From assembly GCA_029261855.1 (NCBI GenBank), contig JAJDAN010000021.1:15212-79211 (forward strand): DNA of 64,000 nt. The letters are read 5' to 3'. Origin of the DNA: Deltaproteobacteria bacterium (GTDB lineage: Bacteria; Myxococcota_A; UBA9160; UBA4427). A program made the translations under genes and the position numbers. Positions 27,384-38,369 of this stretch are shown here, piece by piece (the first letter of the stretch is position 1; each line of letters opens with the position of its first letter). Under the pieces are notes generated by a model. The model was not told where the DNA came from. It was given only the letters and a program-made list of their open reading frames with translations, and did no database searches.

Positions 27384-27749
27384 TGGTGGAGGCGGCGGGA
27401 ATCGAACCCGCGTCCGCATAGCTTCTAGAACACGCGTCTACGTGCGTAGACTTCGATCAATTTCGGGCGCCGCGATCTCGAAGTCGGGAGTACGGAACCC
27501 TATACAGACATCGGTCTCGCCTCCCACGTGCGGCCTGTCAGCGCCGGGGAGACCAGCCTCCTGATGACACCCGCAACCCGCTAGAAGGCGTCGCGGACGG
27601 GTGTCGCTAACTTAGTTTCAGCTAAGCAGCGAGTGCGTAGTTGTCGTCGGCAGTTATGTCTACCAACTTGTCGCCTGATTAACGACGGTACGACGACGTC
27701 GGCACGCAGCGTGAACCTTCGACTACCCGTCGAAATCCAATTCGCCCCC
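27384..27749 (-). ncRNA. ssrA: tmRNA; tag peptide ADDNYALAA* at 27651-27622
   Basis: 5' GGGGGCGAATTGGATTTCGAC; 3' GACGCGGGTTCGATTCCCGCCGCCTCCACCA; acceptor stem with G3-U pair; internal GCC GAC GAC AAC TAC GCA CTC GCT GCT TAG. Confidence 0.97.
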
Positions 27750-27951
27750 TTCTTTTTCCGCAGCTGCCCATGGGGCAGCTGCTGCGCTCATGGCGTTTCC
27801 GTTGCTTCTCTCGGGGCTATTTTTCCGAGCCTGCCTGTAGGGCAGAACGGCAGAAGCGTCCCTCGAGACCCTCACTGGCTCTTCGGCCGGCGAGCGCGGT
27901 AGGGTAAGGCCGCGGTCTCACGTTGCAAGTCCTGCTTCCTGGAGGTCCGTC

Positions 27952-30348
27952 TTGTCGCTTCGCACGCTCCTGGCGCTGGCTGCAGGTCTGTTCGTGGCCT
28001 GTGCGTCGATCCAGGGGACGATTCCCCAGCGCAAGACCCTCGCGACGGGCGGCTGTAGCGGCTTCGTGGCAGGGGCTGCCCGGGGCGATCTGACGCCCCC
28101 GCCGGGCTTCCCACTCGGGGGCTTCTCGATCGAGAGCCGCATGTCCCGGGGCGCCTGGACGCCTCTCCAGGCCCGGGCCATCTACCTGCGCGACGCGGGC
28201 TGCGAGGCCGCCGTGCTGGTCTCGACCGACCTCATGATCCTGCCGAACGGCCTCGCCGACCGGGTGGCCGACAAGCTCGGCCGCGACGATGCCACGGCCC
28301 ACATCGGGCGTGAGAACCTGCTGCTCACCGCCACCGAGAACCACCTGAGCCCGGGCAACTTCTTCAGCTCGAGGCTCTACAACGCCTACGCGAGTCACAT
28401 CGCGGGCTTCGACCCGGACCTGTTCGAGTTCCTCGCGGACCGCATCGCCCGCACGATCCGCGATGCGGTCGCCGCGCAGCAGCCCGCGCGGCTGCGCACG
28501 GGTCATTCGTCGATCCCCGGCGTGTTTCGCAACCGCGCGCTGGGCGCCTTCCTGCGCAACCGCGAAGCGCTGGACTTCCTGACGAAGGCGCCGGCCAGCG
28601 GTGCCAGCCGCTGCCCGGCCCTGCCCTACGCGTCCCACCCCCTCGCGTCTCCGGAACGCTTCCACGAGCTCGCCTGTCTCGCCGTCACGCCGCGGGTCGA
28701 CGTGATCGAGGTGCTGGACGTGAGCGGGTCGAAGCGGATCGCACTCGCGGGCTTCCTGGCGACCCACACCACCGTGCTGCCCGCGGCCGTCGAGGTATAT
28801 GCCGCAGACCTGCTCGGCTTCACGGCCCTGCGCATGGAACGCGGCGAGCTGCCCACGGCCTGTGCGAGCGATGGCAGCTTTCCCGTCGTTGCGCTCTTCA
28901 ACGGCGCCCAGGGTGACGTCACCACCCAGTGGACCACTCGCGACCGCGGCGACCTGCTGAACCTGTCGGACGCGATCGGCGAGGGGCTCTGCAGCGCCCT
29001 GCCCGGGGCGAACGAGCCGAGCCCGAAGCTCGCGTTCCAGTACGAGGAGATCACACGCCTCACCGACGTCGCCTTCGAAGACCCCTTCGACGGCCAGAAG
29101 TACGCGCACGACACACCCACGCGACCGGAGGGAGGTGTCGCCGAACTGGGTGGCGCCGCCGACGGCCGCACCATCTTCTACGAGCTGGCGCACCGGGAAG
29201 AGATCACGAGCTTCCGGCGCACCCAGCACGGCTCGAAGATCGCGCCCATGACCTTCGATCTGGGGCGCTTCCGCGTGTCCCTCGGGAGCGCCGAGTTCAA
29301 GTCGAACCCGCCCCCCGCCAAGGCGCCGCTCACGATCCTGCGGATCGGCGAGACCGTGCTCGTGGGGGTTCCCGGCGAGATGACCACCATGATGGGCGCC
29401 CGCACACGCGCACTGGTGGGGATGCAGCAGGGAATCGACCCCGAGCGCGTCGTGCTCGTGGGCTTCGGCAACGGCCACGTCTCGTACTTCCCCACGACGG
29501 AGGAATACGACGCCCAGCACTACGAGGGCGCGTCCGACTATTACGGGCCGGGGACCGGGGCCTACCTGGCGGTGAAGCTGGCCGAGCTCGCGAAGGCCCT
29601 GCCGAGCCCTTCGACCCGGCTCGAAGCGCGCGACTACGCGTACAAGACGGGGCCGAAGAGACGCTTCCGCCCCCGCGGCGTCGGACACGCCGCCTACCAC
29701 CCGGACGACGGCAACACGCGCATCGTCGAGGCCCTCGACCCGGGCGAGGCGGCTCCGGTGGTCGTCGGGACGACGGAGCCCCGCACCCCCAAGCGCGACT
29801 TCCCCACCTGGTGCTTCCTCGACGCCCTGCCCCGCCTCGACCTGCTGAGCGAGAACGAGGACCCGGACAACGAAGTCTGCCTGCGCAACCTGCCGCAGGT
29901 CGCCATCCACAAAGCGGGCTCCGACGCCGTGGCGGTCGTGGATGGACGCGTACAGGACAGCGGCGGCAGCGAGATCGTCACGGTGCTGGCGGCAGCCGGA
30001 ATGGACCGCGGTGAATGGTGCGCCACCTGGCTGGCGCCCGTCGAAGTCGACGGCGGCGGCAACCCCACGAACCTCGACACCTCGTACGAGTTCCGCATCC
30101 GCGGCATCACCGCACGCGCCAGCGATCCCCCTTGGCGCTCGGCGCCCTTCAGCCTGAGCAAAGGCTTCGTCCAGGACGACCCGCTTTCGCTCACCTGCTC
30201 GAACTTTGCCGCCCAGGACGTCGCGGTGGTCGGCGGCATCTTCACCGAGCGCGCGCGCTGCACGCCACTCGACCGGCCGCCCTGCCACGCCATGCTCGAG
30301 ATGCTCGGCCTGTGCGACTTCAGGATCGACTACTGCAAGGCGCCCTGA
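27952..30348 (+). CDS. Neutral/alkaline ceramidase-family lipoprotein
   Basis: Lipobox LFVAC; GAARGDLTPPPG, LQARAIYL, LFNGAQGDVT, VPGEMTTMMG, YFPTTEEYDAQHYEGASDYYGP. Confidence 0.8.
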   Translation: MSLRTLLALAAGLFVACASIQGTIPQRKTLATGGCSGFVAGAARGDLTPPPGFPLGGFSIESRMSRGAWTPLQARAIYLRDAGCEAAVLVSTDLMILPNGLADRVADKLGRDDATAHIGRENLLLTATENHLSPGNFFSSRLYNAYASHIAGFDPDLFEFLADRIARTIRDAVAAQQPARLRTGHSSIPGVFRNRALGAFLRNREALDFLTKAPASGASRCPALPYASHPLASPERFHELACLAVTPRVDVIEVLDVSGSKRIALAGFLATHTTVLPAAVEVYAADLLGFTALRMERGELPTACASDGSFPVVALFNGAQGDVTTQWTTRDRGDLLNLSDAIGEGLCSALPGANEPSPKLAFQYEEITRLTDVAFEDPFDGQKYAHDTPTRPEGGVAELGGAADGRTIFYELAHREEITSFRRTQHGSKIAPMTFDLGRFRVSLGSAEFKSNPPPAKAPLTILRIGETVLVGVPGEMTTMMGARTRALVGMQQGIDPERVVLVGFGNGHVSYFPTTEEYDAQHYEGASDYYGPGTGAYLAVKLAELAKALPSPSTRLEARDYAYKTGPKRRFRPRGVGHAAYHPDDGNTRIVEALDPGEAAPVVVGTTEPRTPKRDFPTWCFLDALPRLDLLSENEDPDNEVCLRNLPQVAIHKAGSDAVAVVDGRVQDSGGSEIVTVLAAAGMDRGEWCATWLAPVEVDGGGNPTNLDTSYEFRIRGITARASDPPWRSAPFSLSKGFVQDDPLSLTCSNFAAQDVAVVGGIFTERARCTPLDRPPCHAMLEMLGLCDFRIDYCKAP

Positions 30349-30377
30349 CCCGGACGCGAGGGCACTAGCCTCTCGTA

Positions 30378-30419
30378 GCTAGTTTTTCGTGGCTAGGTTT
30401 TCGTGGCTAGGTTTTCGTG
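30378..30419. repeat. Tandem repeat, 3 x 14 bp GCTAG(G/T)TTTTCGTG
   Basis: Read directly; overlaps the kinase stop codon. Confidence 0.9.
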
Positions 30420-31978
30420 GGCAGGGCCTGTGAAGCGTCGTCCTCTGCGGGCAGGACCACGGCGATACGCGTCCCGCGCCCCGGCTCCGAGTGCACCGCC
30501 AGCTCGCCGCCGTGCTGCTTCACGATGCGGTAGCAGATGGTGAGACCCAGCCCGCCGTCACCGCCCGGGGGCTTCTCGAAGAACGGATCGAACAGCGCGT
30601 CGAGGATCTCGGGATCGATGCCCTCGCCGTCGTCGGCGACCGCCAGCTCGTAGCCTTCCGGGCAGGCGCGAAGCTCGACTTGCACCGCGCCGCGACCATT
30701 CATCGCGGCTGCCGCGTTCGTCACCAGCTGGATCACCACCTGCTCGAGCTGGAACGGCTGACAGCGGACGGGAGCGGGCTCGCAGTCGATCGCGAGAGCG
30801 ATCTCCAGGCCGTCCGGCAGCTCGGACTTCACGCTCGCGACGCCCCGCCGCACGATGTCCGCGAGATCGGCGGGCGCGGGCTTCGCGCTGCCGGCCTCTC
30901 CCGTCGACGTCGATGCCTGGGTGCCGATCGCGTGCAGTTCGCGGCTCGCCGCGAAACCGGCATCGAGCAGCGCCCGCGCCTCGCTGGAATCGCTTCCGAG
31001 AAGCGTGCGCAGCCCGTCGAGGGATCGCTGCAAAGCCGCCACGGGCTGGTGGAGCTGGCGCGCCAACCCGGCGGCCTGGGTCGCCTGCGCGTCACGCGTG
31101 CGCAAGGGCGACGAGCCGAGCGTCCGCTCGGCGCCCGGCTCGGGGGCCGCATTCTCGACCTTCGCGAGCAGGTCCATCTTCTCGGCCAGGACGCCGTCGG
31201 CCTGGTCGAGCAGTGCCAGGTGGCCGAGGCCTCCCTTGGCCACGGCGTCGAGCTGCCGCGCGAGATCGATCGAGCGCCCCGCCGCCGCGCCGGTGATCGA
31301 CACGAGCAAGGCGGCCGAAACCGCGAACGGCCCTGCCAGGCCCGCGAGACCGGCGAGTCCCGCACCCGCCGCCGCGCCCAGCACCGCACCGACGAGGGAC
31401 CCCAGCAACAGGCCGGAACGAGGAGTTCGCCGCCAGCTCAGCTCGTACACGCAAGCCGGCGCGCCGCGGTGCGCGCAGGCGCTTTCCCTGACCCGCGCCG
31501 GCAGCAGGCCGTACAGCGGCGTCATGGCCTCGAGCATGCCCAGGCGAACCGAGCAGAACAGCACGTCCTGGGACGAGGGCTTGGCCGGGTGGAAGGCGAC
31601 GCGCGCCCGGCCCTCGCCGACCTCGACGGCTTCGAAGCGGTCGCCGGGCTCTTCCCGGGCCAGCAGGGCATTGCAACGTCGATAGGCCTTCTCGGGCGTC
31701 GCGATGCCCGCATAGCTGAGCAGCAAGCCGATGGCCTGGGGGGCGACCAGGGCCCGACCCACCCGGCGCGCGAGCGGCGGACCCACTGCGCCGGCGCGGA
31801 ATGCATCCCGCAGGCGACTGGAATCGATCCAGTCGGTCCGGCGGCGCCGCGGCGGGGTGCCGTCCTCGAGGGCCCGCTCGGCGCGCGCGCGCGCAGCGGC
31901 GCTACCCGAGGCCGTCAGGACGTCCAGCAGCGCGGCCGCGATCCGCGCGTTTCCCGGCGGCTTTTCGACATCCCGCAT
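30407..31978 (-). CDS. Sensor histidine kinase-like protein (V4R-like N-terminus, TM segment, HATPase_c)
   Basis: FCSVRLGMLE...ESACAHRGAPACVYELSW; QVVIQLVTNA, VADDGEGI, FDPFF, GLGLTICYRIVKQHGG. Confidence 0.85.
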   Translation of the reverse strand: MRDVEKPPGNARIAAALLDVLTASGSAAARARAERALEDGTPPRRRRTDWIDSSRLRDAFRAGAVGPPLARRVGRALVAPQAIGLLLSYAGIATPEKAYRRCNALLAREEPGDRFEAVEVGEGRARVAFHPAKPSSQDVLFCSVRLGMLEAMTPLYGLLPARVRESACAHRGAPACVYELSWRRTPRSGLLLGSLVGAVLGAAAGAGLAGLAGLAGPFAVSAALLVSITGAAAGRSIDLARQLDAVAKGGLGHLALLDQADGVLAEKMDLLAKVENAAPEPGAERTLGSSPLRTRDAQATQAAGLARQLHQPVAALQRSLDGLRTLLGSDSSEARALLDAGFAASRELHAIGTQASTSTGEAGSAKPAPADLADIVRRGVASVKSELPDGLEIALAIDCEPAPVRCQPFQLEQVVIQLVTNAAAAMNGRGAVQVELRACPEGYELAVADDGEGIDPEILDALFDPFFEKPPGGDGGLGLTICYRIVKQHGGELAVHSEPGRGTRIAVVLPAEDDASQALPTKT

Positions 31979-32043
31979 GGGTACCTTATCGGCAGGCCCC
32001 GGACTGAGATGGAGGCGGAGATGAGCCGCAGATGGAAGGCCGC

Positions 32044-32934
32044 TCAGCGGCCCTCGGCGTCCCGCATCAGGGCCAGCAGGAAGTCCCGGTAGTGGTCCGG
32101 TTCCAGGGGCTCCCGCCAGCCGATCCGCTTGCCGATGGCCTGACAGGTCCGCTCGAGCACCTGGACCCGCTTCCAGGTCGGCAAGGCGTCGATGCGGCGC
32201 AGGGTCTGGCGGACCAGGCGAAGCTCGACTGCCCCGACGGCCGCCAGCTGGTCGCGCTCGAAGCGGAACGCCGGAGCGCCCAGGCGCGGCTCGGCGTCGA
32301 CGGGGATGGGACGGGCCGGCGGCGCCCGGTCCTCGCGGATCACCAATGTTCCGGCGGCGAAGTCTCCCAACCTCCGGACGTCCCTGGAAACGACCATCGA
32401 AGTGAAGCCGACCACGTACTGGCCCACCGGGATCATGTCCACCGCGCGCAACAGGTTCCGGATCGCGGACGCGCGCAGGGTGATGGGCAGCCCGCCGTCA
32501 CGCACCACCCGCATGCCGAAGGCGGCCTTGCCCGGAGACCGGCCCTGCATCAGCACCTCGCATGCGATGAAGTACCCGGACTGCAGGATGAAGTCGAACA
32601 AGATCCAGACGCCGGCCATCATCAGCAGCCAACCCCCGGCATTGAATTCGCCCTGCTCGAGGTCCGACCGGGCCTCTTCCAGCCAGCCTGTCATCTGTTG
32701 AAGCTGATCGAGCTCGGCCAGGGAAATCGCAATGAAGACGAGCGTGGTGGCCAGGAGCACCTCGAAGATGATGATGAGCCCCCAGTCCACGCTGTACGCG
32801 AGCAACCGGCTCATGGGCCCCGCGATCGGGAGATCGAGGGCGACCTGCTCCGGCGAGCGGATCACCTGCGCGCCGCCGAGCGCGGTTTCGCGGCGGGTCG
32901 CGGTGTCCATGCCCGAGGCAGGTGCCTGACTCAT
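32044..32934 (-). CDS. RDD family protein
   Basis: SPEQVALDLPIAGPMSRLLAYSVD, GRSPGKAAFGMRVV, IRNLLRAVD, RRLGDFAAGTLVI. Confidence 0.88.
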   Translation of the reverse strand: MSQAPASGMDTATRRETALGGAQVIRSPEQVALDLPIAGPMSRLLAYSVDWGLIIIFEVLLATTLVFIAISLAELDQLQQMTGWLEEARSDLEQGEFNAGGWLLMMAGVWILFDFILQSGYFIACEVLMQGRSPGKAAFGMRVVRDGGLPITLRASAIRNLLRAVDMIPVGQYVVGFTSMVVSRDVRRLGDFAAGTLVIREDRAPPARPIPVDAEPRLGAPAFRFERDQLAAVGAVELRLVRQTLRRIDALPTWKRVQVLERTCQAIGKRIGWREPLEPDHYRDFLLALMRDAEGR

Positions 32935-33012
32935 GCTCTCCCGTCCGTTCGGCGCTCGTCTTCCAGGTCGCGCCGTCGTCACCGCGGCTCTTCGTACCCT
33001 ACATTTCCCGGC

Positions 33013-34050
33013 GTGACGAATCTCGTCGATCCGGGCCTCGCACGCCGGCATCCCCAGCTCGAGCTCGAACGCCTCGAGGTGCTGATCGACCGCGCCGAGA
33101 AGCTCCGAGCCCGCGCCCTGCCCTTCGACGAGCTTCGCGAGCTCGCCCGTTTGTACCGTTCCAGCAGCGCCCGGCTGTCTCGCCTGCGGGATCGCAACGC
33201 AGACCCGGACGCCATCCGACATCTCAATGGACTCTGCGTCCGAGCGTACGCTTTCCTTTACTCGGCGGGCGCCAGCGAACACGAGCGTCGGGTCTTCCGC
33301 CGCGAGCTGCCCAGACTGGCGCGCGCCAGCTGGCGGGCCGTCGCCATGGCCTGGCTGCTGCTGCTGCTCGGCGCCACCGTCGGCGGCTCGATCACCCACC
33401 AGGACCCGTCGGCCCTCTACGTCCTGCTGCCCGCGGGCTTCGGCTACACGCCCGAGCGTATCGATCGGCTCTGGGCGTCGGAAGACGCGCGGGCCGCGTT
33501 CTTCGAACGATCCGAGCAGCCCGTCGGACGCAACGTGCTGTTCGGGTCCTTCCTCTTCACACACAACACGAAGGTCGGCCTGCTTTCGTTCGCGACCGGC
33601 ATCCTCGCCGGCGTCCCGAGCACGCTATTGCAGCTCTACAACGGGCTCATGCTGGGCGCCTTTGCGAGCCTGTTCCTGCAGGACGCGATGCCAGTGGCGT
33701 TCGTCGCGTGGATCGCTCCCCACGCCATCCCGGAACTGACCGCCATCACCCTGTGTTGCGCGGGCGGACTGGTGCTCGGCGCGGCGGTCGCGGCACCCGG
33801 CCGTCGTCGACGGATGACCGCCCTGCGCGAGGACGCGGTGCCGGCCCTGCTGCTGGTCGCCCTTTCCATCCCGCTCTTCCTGCTCGCCGCGCTCACCGAG
33901 AGCTTCGTGCGAGAATCGGCGCTCGGGACGACGCCCCGCCTCGCTGTCGCCGGTGCCTATTTCGTCCTGCTCGTCATCGCGCACCTATGGCTTCGAAGGC
34001 TCGCCCGCGATGGCGACGTCGACACCGACTGGCTCACCGCCCTGCGGTAG
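33013..34050 (+). CDS. Stage II sporulation protein M (SpoIIM/DUF95) family membrane protein
   Basis: ELARLYRSSSARL, FLFTHNTKVGLLSFATG, YNGLMLGAF, IAPHAIPELTAI. Confidence 0.85.
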   Translation: MTNLVDPGLARRHPQLELERLEVLIDRAEKLRARALPFDELRELARLYRSSSARLSRLRDRNADPDAIRHLNGLCVRAYAFLYSAGASEHERRVFRRELPRLARASWRAVAMAWLLLLLGATVGGSITHQDPSALYVLLPAGFGYTPERIDRLWASEDARAAFFERSEQPVGRNVLFGSFLFTHNTKVGLLSFATGILAGVPSTLLQLYNGLMLGAFASLFLQDAMPVAFVAWIAPHAIPELTAITLCCAGGLVLGAAVAAPGRRRRMTALREDAVPALLLVALSIPLFLLAALTESFVRESALGTTPRLAVAGAYFVLLVIAHLWLRRLARDGDVDTDWLTALR

Positions 34051-34094
34051 CGGGAGCTTCCGGCCTGCTGCCGAGCACTGTCCCGGCGGCCCGT

Positions 34095-35462
34095 TCAGCC
34101 CTCGTGGCGCATCGCGAGGTAGCGGTTCAGGACCGACGGCGTGACTTCTTCCGAGACGAGGTCCAGCGTCTCGATGCCCGCGAGACGCAACCGGGCGAGG
34201 GTCTGCTCGCGTTCCCGCAGCAGATCGTCGAGCACGATGCGCTCGTACAGACCGGTCTCCTCGACGTCGCCCCGGGTCCGCGCCCGCCGCGGGTCGAGCG
34301 CGTCGAAGCGTCGGTCGCGCAGGGCGACCAGCAGCACGCGATGGCGCCTCGCCAGCAGCGAGACCGGCGTCACGATGGCGTCCGGGTCGGTCTCGGCGAA
34401 GTCGGTCAGCAGCACCACCAGCGAACGCTTCTGGCGACGACCCAGGAGCGATGCACTCAGCACGCGATAGTCGGCCTCGACCAAGCGCGACTGCACAGGT
34501 GCCAGGCTCTCCACGAACGCTCGCAGGGACGCGCGACGCGATTGGGGTTCGAGGAAGAGGCGCCGCTCCCGGTCGAAGACGACGAGCCCGACACGGTCCC
34601 CGGCATGCAGCGCCGACCACGCCAGCGCCAGCGCGGCGTCCACCGCCGTGTCGAGCTTGGTGCGCTGCGTAGCGCCGACGTGGCTTCCCATCAGACGACT
34701 CGCGTCGAGGGCGATCATCACCGTGTGATTCCGCTCGTGCTGGTGGAGGCGCGTCACCAGGCGCCCGCGCCGTGCGGTAGCCCGCCAGTCGATGCGACGG
34801 GGGTCGTCTCCGAGCACGTAGTCGCGCAAGGACTCGAACTCGGTGCCCTCACCGCGCTGCCGCGCAGGCTTGACGCCGAGCGAAGCCAGCACCTGCTTGG
34901 GGGACAGTGCCTCGGCGGGCAGGAAGCGGCTGGTATCCGGCAGGACGCGCACCGACTCGCCGGCACCGGCGACGACACGTCGGCGCAGCAAGCCGAGGGG
35001 CGAACGCGCCAGGGACGCCAGCGGACCGAAGCCCCGGTCTCCCCGCACCTGGGGCGCGACGCGATAGACGAGACGCTTCGTCTCGCCGGGCTCGAGGGCG
35101 ACGCCGGGAAAGGTCGGATCGGTGAACGCGAGATCCCGGGGCACCTCGTCGTAGAGGTCTGCGACGACGCGACGCATGCCCGGGTTCGACACCTCGACGG
35201 CGAGCTGGCTCGCGCTCCCCACCTGGAGTCGTTCCGGCGCGCGCCGCGCGAGGGCCAGGCGCGGCGTCCGAAGCAGCAGGACGAAGTCGAGGACGACCGC
35301 CCCCGCGAGCGCGCATGCGGCCACGACCACCGCGAGGGCGAGCGCCGGAAGCACCACGCTGGCTGCGGCAGCCAGCACCCACAGGCCCACCGCCGCCAAC
35401 AGCCTGGCGTCGGGCGAAAGCGAGATCCGTGCGGCCAGCGATGCCGGCGCCAACGCGGTCAC
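34095..35462 (-). CDS. DUF58 (vWA-like) protein
   Basis: [54 protein letters not shown]; GTG start overlaps the MoxR stop. Confidence 0.9.
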   Translation of the reverse strand: MTALAPASLAARISLSPDARLLAAVGLWVLAAAASVVLPALALAVVVAACALAGAVVLDFVLLLRTPRLALARRAPERLQVGSASQLAVEVSNPGMRRVVADLYDEVPRDLAFTDPTFPGVALEPGETKRLVYRVAPQVRGDRGFGPLASLARSPLGLLRRRVVAGAGESVRVLPDTSRFLPAEALSPKQVLASLGVKPARQRGEGTEFESLRDYVLGDDPRRIDWRATARRGRLVTRLHQHERNHTVMIALDASRLMGSHVGATQRTKLDTAVDAALALAWSALHAGDRVGLVVFDRERRLFLEPQSRRASLRAFVESLAPVQSRLVEADYRVLSASLLGRRQKRSLVVLLTDFAETDPDAIVTPVSLLARRHRVLLVALRDRRFDALDPRRARTRGDVEETGLYERIVLDDLLREREQTLARLRLAGIETLDLVSEEVTPSVLNRYLAMRHEG

Positions 35463-36418
35463 CGGGGAACGGTCACCGTTCGCAGGGTGCGCTCGAGCGC
35501 GGCGTCTGCCGTCAGGCCCTCGACTTCCGAAGCGGGGTCGAGCACCACCCGGTGGCGCAGGGCGGGAAAGAAGACCGTCTGCACGTCCTCGGGCAAGACG
35601 TAGTCGCGTCCTTCGAGCGCTGCTTCGGCCTTCGCCGCCCGCAACAGCAGCAGGCCTGCCCGCGGTGACGCGCCGAGCGCGTACTGGAAGTCTGCCCGGG
35701 TCGCGCGGACGAGGTCCGAGACGTAGGCGACGATCTCGTCCCGCACGATCACCCGCCGCACCAGCTCTCGCGCCGCGGCGAGCTCGTCGCGCTGAAGCAC
35801 CGCCGCCACCTCGGCGGGCGTCGCCGAAGGTTCGCCGGCGTGGTGCAGCACCAGCAGCGCCCGTTCGTGATCCTCCGCCGGGTAGTCGACCACGATCTTG
35901 AACAGGAAGCGATCGAGTTCGGCCTCGGGCAGCGGATAGGTGCCTTCCTGCTCGACGGGGTTCTGGGTGGCAAACACGGTGAACCATTCGCCCAGCGGAT
36001 GCCGCTCGCCGTCCACCGTCACGAAGCGTTCCTGCATGGCTTCGAGCAGGGCCGCCTGGGTCTTGGGAGACGCGCGGTTGATCTCGTCCGCCAGCAGCAG
36101 GTCGGTGAAGATCGGTCCCGCGCGGAAGTTGAAGCGCCCGGCGGCCGGATCGAGCACCGGCGTCCCGAGGATGTCGCTCGGCATCAGGTCCGGCGTGAAC
36201 TGGACCCGTCCGAAGCGAATGCCGAGAGCGCTCGCGAGGGTGCGAACCAGCAGCGTCTTGGCGACGCCCGGCACGCCCTCGATCAGGCTGTGCCCGGAGC
36301 ACAGCAGGGTGATGGTGGCCAGGCGCACCGCCTCTTCCTGCCCCACGACGACTGCGCCGACGCGCTCTCGCAGCGTCGCGTAGTGCCCGGTCACCGTGCT
36401 CGAAGCTTCTTCGGTCAA
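35459..36418 (-). CDS. MoxR-family AAA+ ATPase
   Basis: [67 protein letters not shown]. Confidence 0.95.
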   Translation of the reverse strand: MTEEASSTVTGHYATLRERVGAVVVGQEEAVRLATITLLCSGHSLIEGVPGVAKTLLVRTLASALGIRFGRVQFTPDLMPSDILGTPVLDPAAGRFNFRAGPIFTDLLLADEINRASPKTQAALLEAMQERFVTVDGERHPLGEWFTVFATQNPVEQEGTYPLPEAELDRFLFKIVVDYPAEDHERALLVLHHAGEPSATPAEVAAVLQRDELAAARELVRRVIVRDEIVAYVSDLVRATRADFQYALGASPRAGLLLLRAAKAEAALEGRDYVLPEDVQTVFFPALRHRVVLDPASEVEGLTADAALERTLRTVTVPR

Positions 36419-37674
36419 CGCGTTACCTCCATCACGAGTGCATCCAGCTCACGAACGGCCGCCTCGAGCTCTGCTGCCGATGTCACGGGGCGCGAATCCA
36501 TGAGGCTCGCGAGTCGCGCGCGCCGGCGCGAGGCGGCTTCGGAACCGACCTTCGTGTCCTGCGGCCTGCGCGGGTCGCCTTCGATGCGCTCGACCAGCGC
36601 CCGTCGACTGACGTCGTGGGGCAGCCCGAAGTAGCGCTCGAGCCGTGACGCCGTCAGCGCGCGGTAGCGCTCGAGCACCTGGGAATGATCGCGACTGCGG
36701 TCGTAGAGCGACGACATCGACGCCACGTAGTTGTCGAGGGTGGGTGTCGCGGGATCGAACTCACCGACGCTGCGGGCCGGCAACGCGTTTCCGCGCCAGG
36801 CGTAGAGCCCGCCGAGAACGATCAACCCCGCGAAGACAGGGGCGGCGGAAGACGCCGCGATGAACCGGAACGCGTTGGTCTCCGGGACGAAGCCGTGCTC
36901 GCGCTCGTCGAAGCGAGGCGGTCCATGGGCGTCGACGAGATCGACGACGAAGGCCGCGGCGCCGGCCTGGTCGAGCCAGGCGTTGTGGGTGAAGCCCGAA
37001 TCCGCGACCACCACGAGCCATCCCTCGCCCAGGGGCCGGCTGAGCACGAACGGGTGCGCCTCGCCCTGCTCGCCGTTCCGGATCCGGGCGGAGACCTGCC
37101 AGTCGAGAGGCTCCTCGAAGACGTAGACCTTCGACTGGGCGAGGAAGCGAGCCGTCGGGGCGAGAGGCCCCTCCACCCGGAAACGGGCCGCGTTGGGGTA
37201 CGGCGGGCCTTCGACTTCGGCCCGGGTGAGGCGGTCTCGGCGGGGCAGCGGCACGCCCGCGATGGCGTCGCAGACGACCAGGCTGTCCTGAGGTGGAAGC
37301 ACCGGCCCACCCGCGTCCGCAGACTGCAGGAACACGAGGGCGCTCCCGCCCTCCCGCAACCAGCGACCCGCGGGCCACTGCACGTCCTCGGCGTCGAGCA
37401 CATCGGCCTCACCGCGGCTCGCGATGCGCCCGTCGCACACGCCGAGGGGGTCGATCCACCAGATGGGCCCGTCTCCCCGGAGGCGCCGTCCGGACTCGAA
37501 GCTGCGCCCGCGCGTGCGGCCGGATTCCGCCAGCAGTTCATAGACCGCGCCGTGTCCGCTCGCCGAGGTGCCGAAGCTCGAGCTCGTGAGCGGCGACGGC
37601 GGGCTCGGCCACAGGAAGTTCACCAGGGTCAGCAACACCAGCACGACGACGAAGAGCAGCTTGGACCGACTCAT
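36415..37674 (-). CDS. DUF4350-like membrane protein
   Basis: N-terminal [54 protein letters not shown]; context in the MoxR cluster. Confidence 0.7.
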   Translation of the reverse strand: MSRSKLLFVVVLVLLTLVNFLWPSPPSPLTSSSFGTSASGHGAVYELLAESGRTRGRSFESGRRLRGDGPIWWIDPLGVCDGRIASRGEADVLDAEDVQWPAGRWLREGGSALVFLQSADAGGPVLPPQDSLVVCDAIAGVPLPRRDRLTRAEVEGPPYPNAARFRVEGPLAPTARFLAQSKVYVFEEPLDWQVSARIRNGEQGEAHPFVLSRPLGEGWLVVVADSGFTHNAWLDQAGAAAFVVDLVDAHGPPRFDEREHGFVPETNAFRFIAASSAAPVFAGLIVLGGLYAWRGNALPARSVGEFDPATPTLDNYVASMSSLYDRSRDHSQVLERYRALTASRLERYFGLPHDVSRRALVERIEGDPRRPQDTKVGSEAASRRRARLASLMDSRPVTSAAELEAAVRELDALVMEVTR

Positions 37675-38369
37675 CGACGCTCCGGCAACGCTTCGATCTG
37701 TGCGTGCAGCGCCCGCCAGTCGCCGTACAGGTCGCGGTCATCGATGCGGTCGCGAAACCACTGTCCTTCGAGCCGGTCGAGCAGCGCCAGGAAGCGATCG
37801 CGCAGGGTCGCCGGGACGGGGGCGTCCGCAAGCCGCCGGCGCAGGGTGCGGTTCGGGTCCGAGCGTTCGAGCTCGAGGCGCTTCTTGCGAAGCAGCACCT
37901 GCAACGCCGCCAGCTGGATGCAGTGCGCGGCCTCGAGGAAGCGACCCTCGCCCGCATGGCGGTCCGCCTCGTCGATCAAGCGGGGGCCCGCCCTCGAGGC
38001 GTCGCCCTCGACTTCGGGTAGCTCGGCGGCGCGCGCACGGGCTTCCCGAAGCACGCGATGCACGAGGATCCCGATGGCGCCCAGGACCGCCGCCGCCAGC
38101 ACCAGCCGCAGCACGGCCACCGACCCGTCACTGCCGATCAGCAGATTCACGAGCCCGCCGAGTCCGGACCAGAACGCCTCCCAGATGTCCGTCACCCAAT
38201 CGGGCACGAGGCCCGCGAGTGCGTCCCAGGTCGAGCCGAGCCAGGCGGCGAAGCTGTCGATCCATTCCTGGAGGACGCTCGGGTCCGCACGGTGGCGCGC
38301 GTACTCCGGCCGCTCGAGGATCTCCTGCGCCAGTGCACGCGCCCGTTCGGGCGTCAGACCGTCGGACAT
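37671..38369 (-). CDS. DUF4129-like membrane protein
   Basis: AQEILERPEY, one TM, ADRHAGEGRFLEAAH; context. Confidence 0.65.
   Translation of the reverse strand: MSDGLTPERARALAQEILERPEYARHRADPSVLQEWIDSFAAWLGSTWDALAGLVPDWVTDIWEAFWSGLGGLVNLLIGSDGSVAVLRLVLAAAVLGAIGILVHRVLREARARAAELPEVEGDASRAGPRLIDEADRHAGEGRFLEAAHCIQLAALQVLLRKKRLELERSDPNRTLRRRLADAPVPATLRDRFLALLDRLEGQWFRDRIDDRDLYGDWRALHAQIEALPERR

Noticed and set aside
27384-27420. Possible tRNA gene
   Set aside because: The T-arm and CCA belong to the tmRNA, whose 5' end and tag frame are present upstream.
27760-27782. Perfect hairpin GCAGCTGCCC-ATG-GGGCAGCTGC just upstream of ssrA
   Set aside because: No U-tract follows it in either direction; probably precursor leader structure with no assignable function.
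30364-30419. Possible CRISPR array
   Set aside because: 14-bp units with no spacers and no cas genes; a simple tandem repeat.
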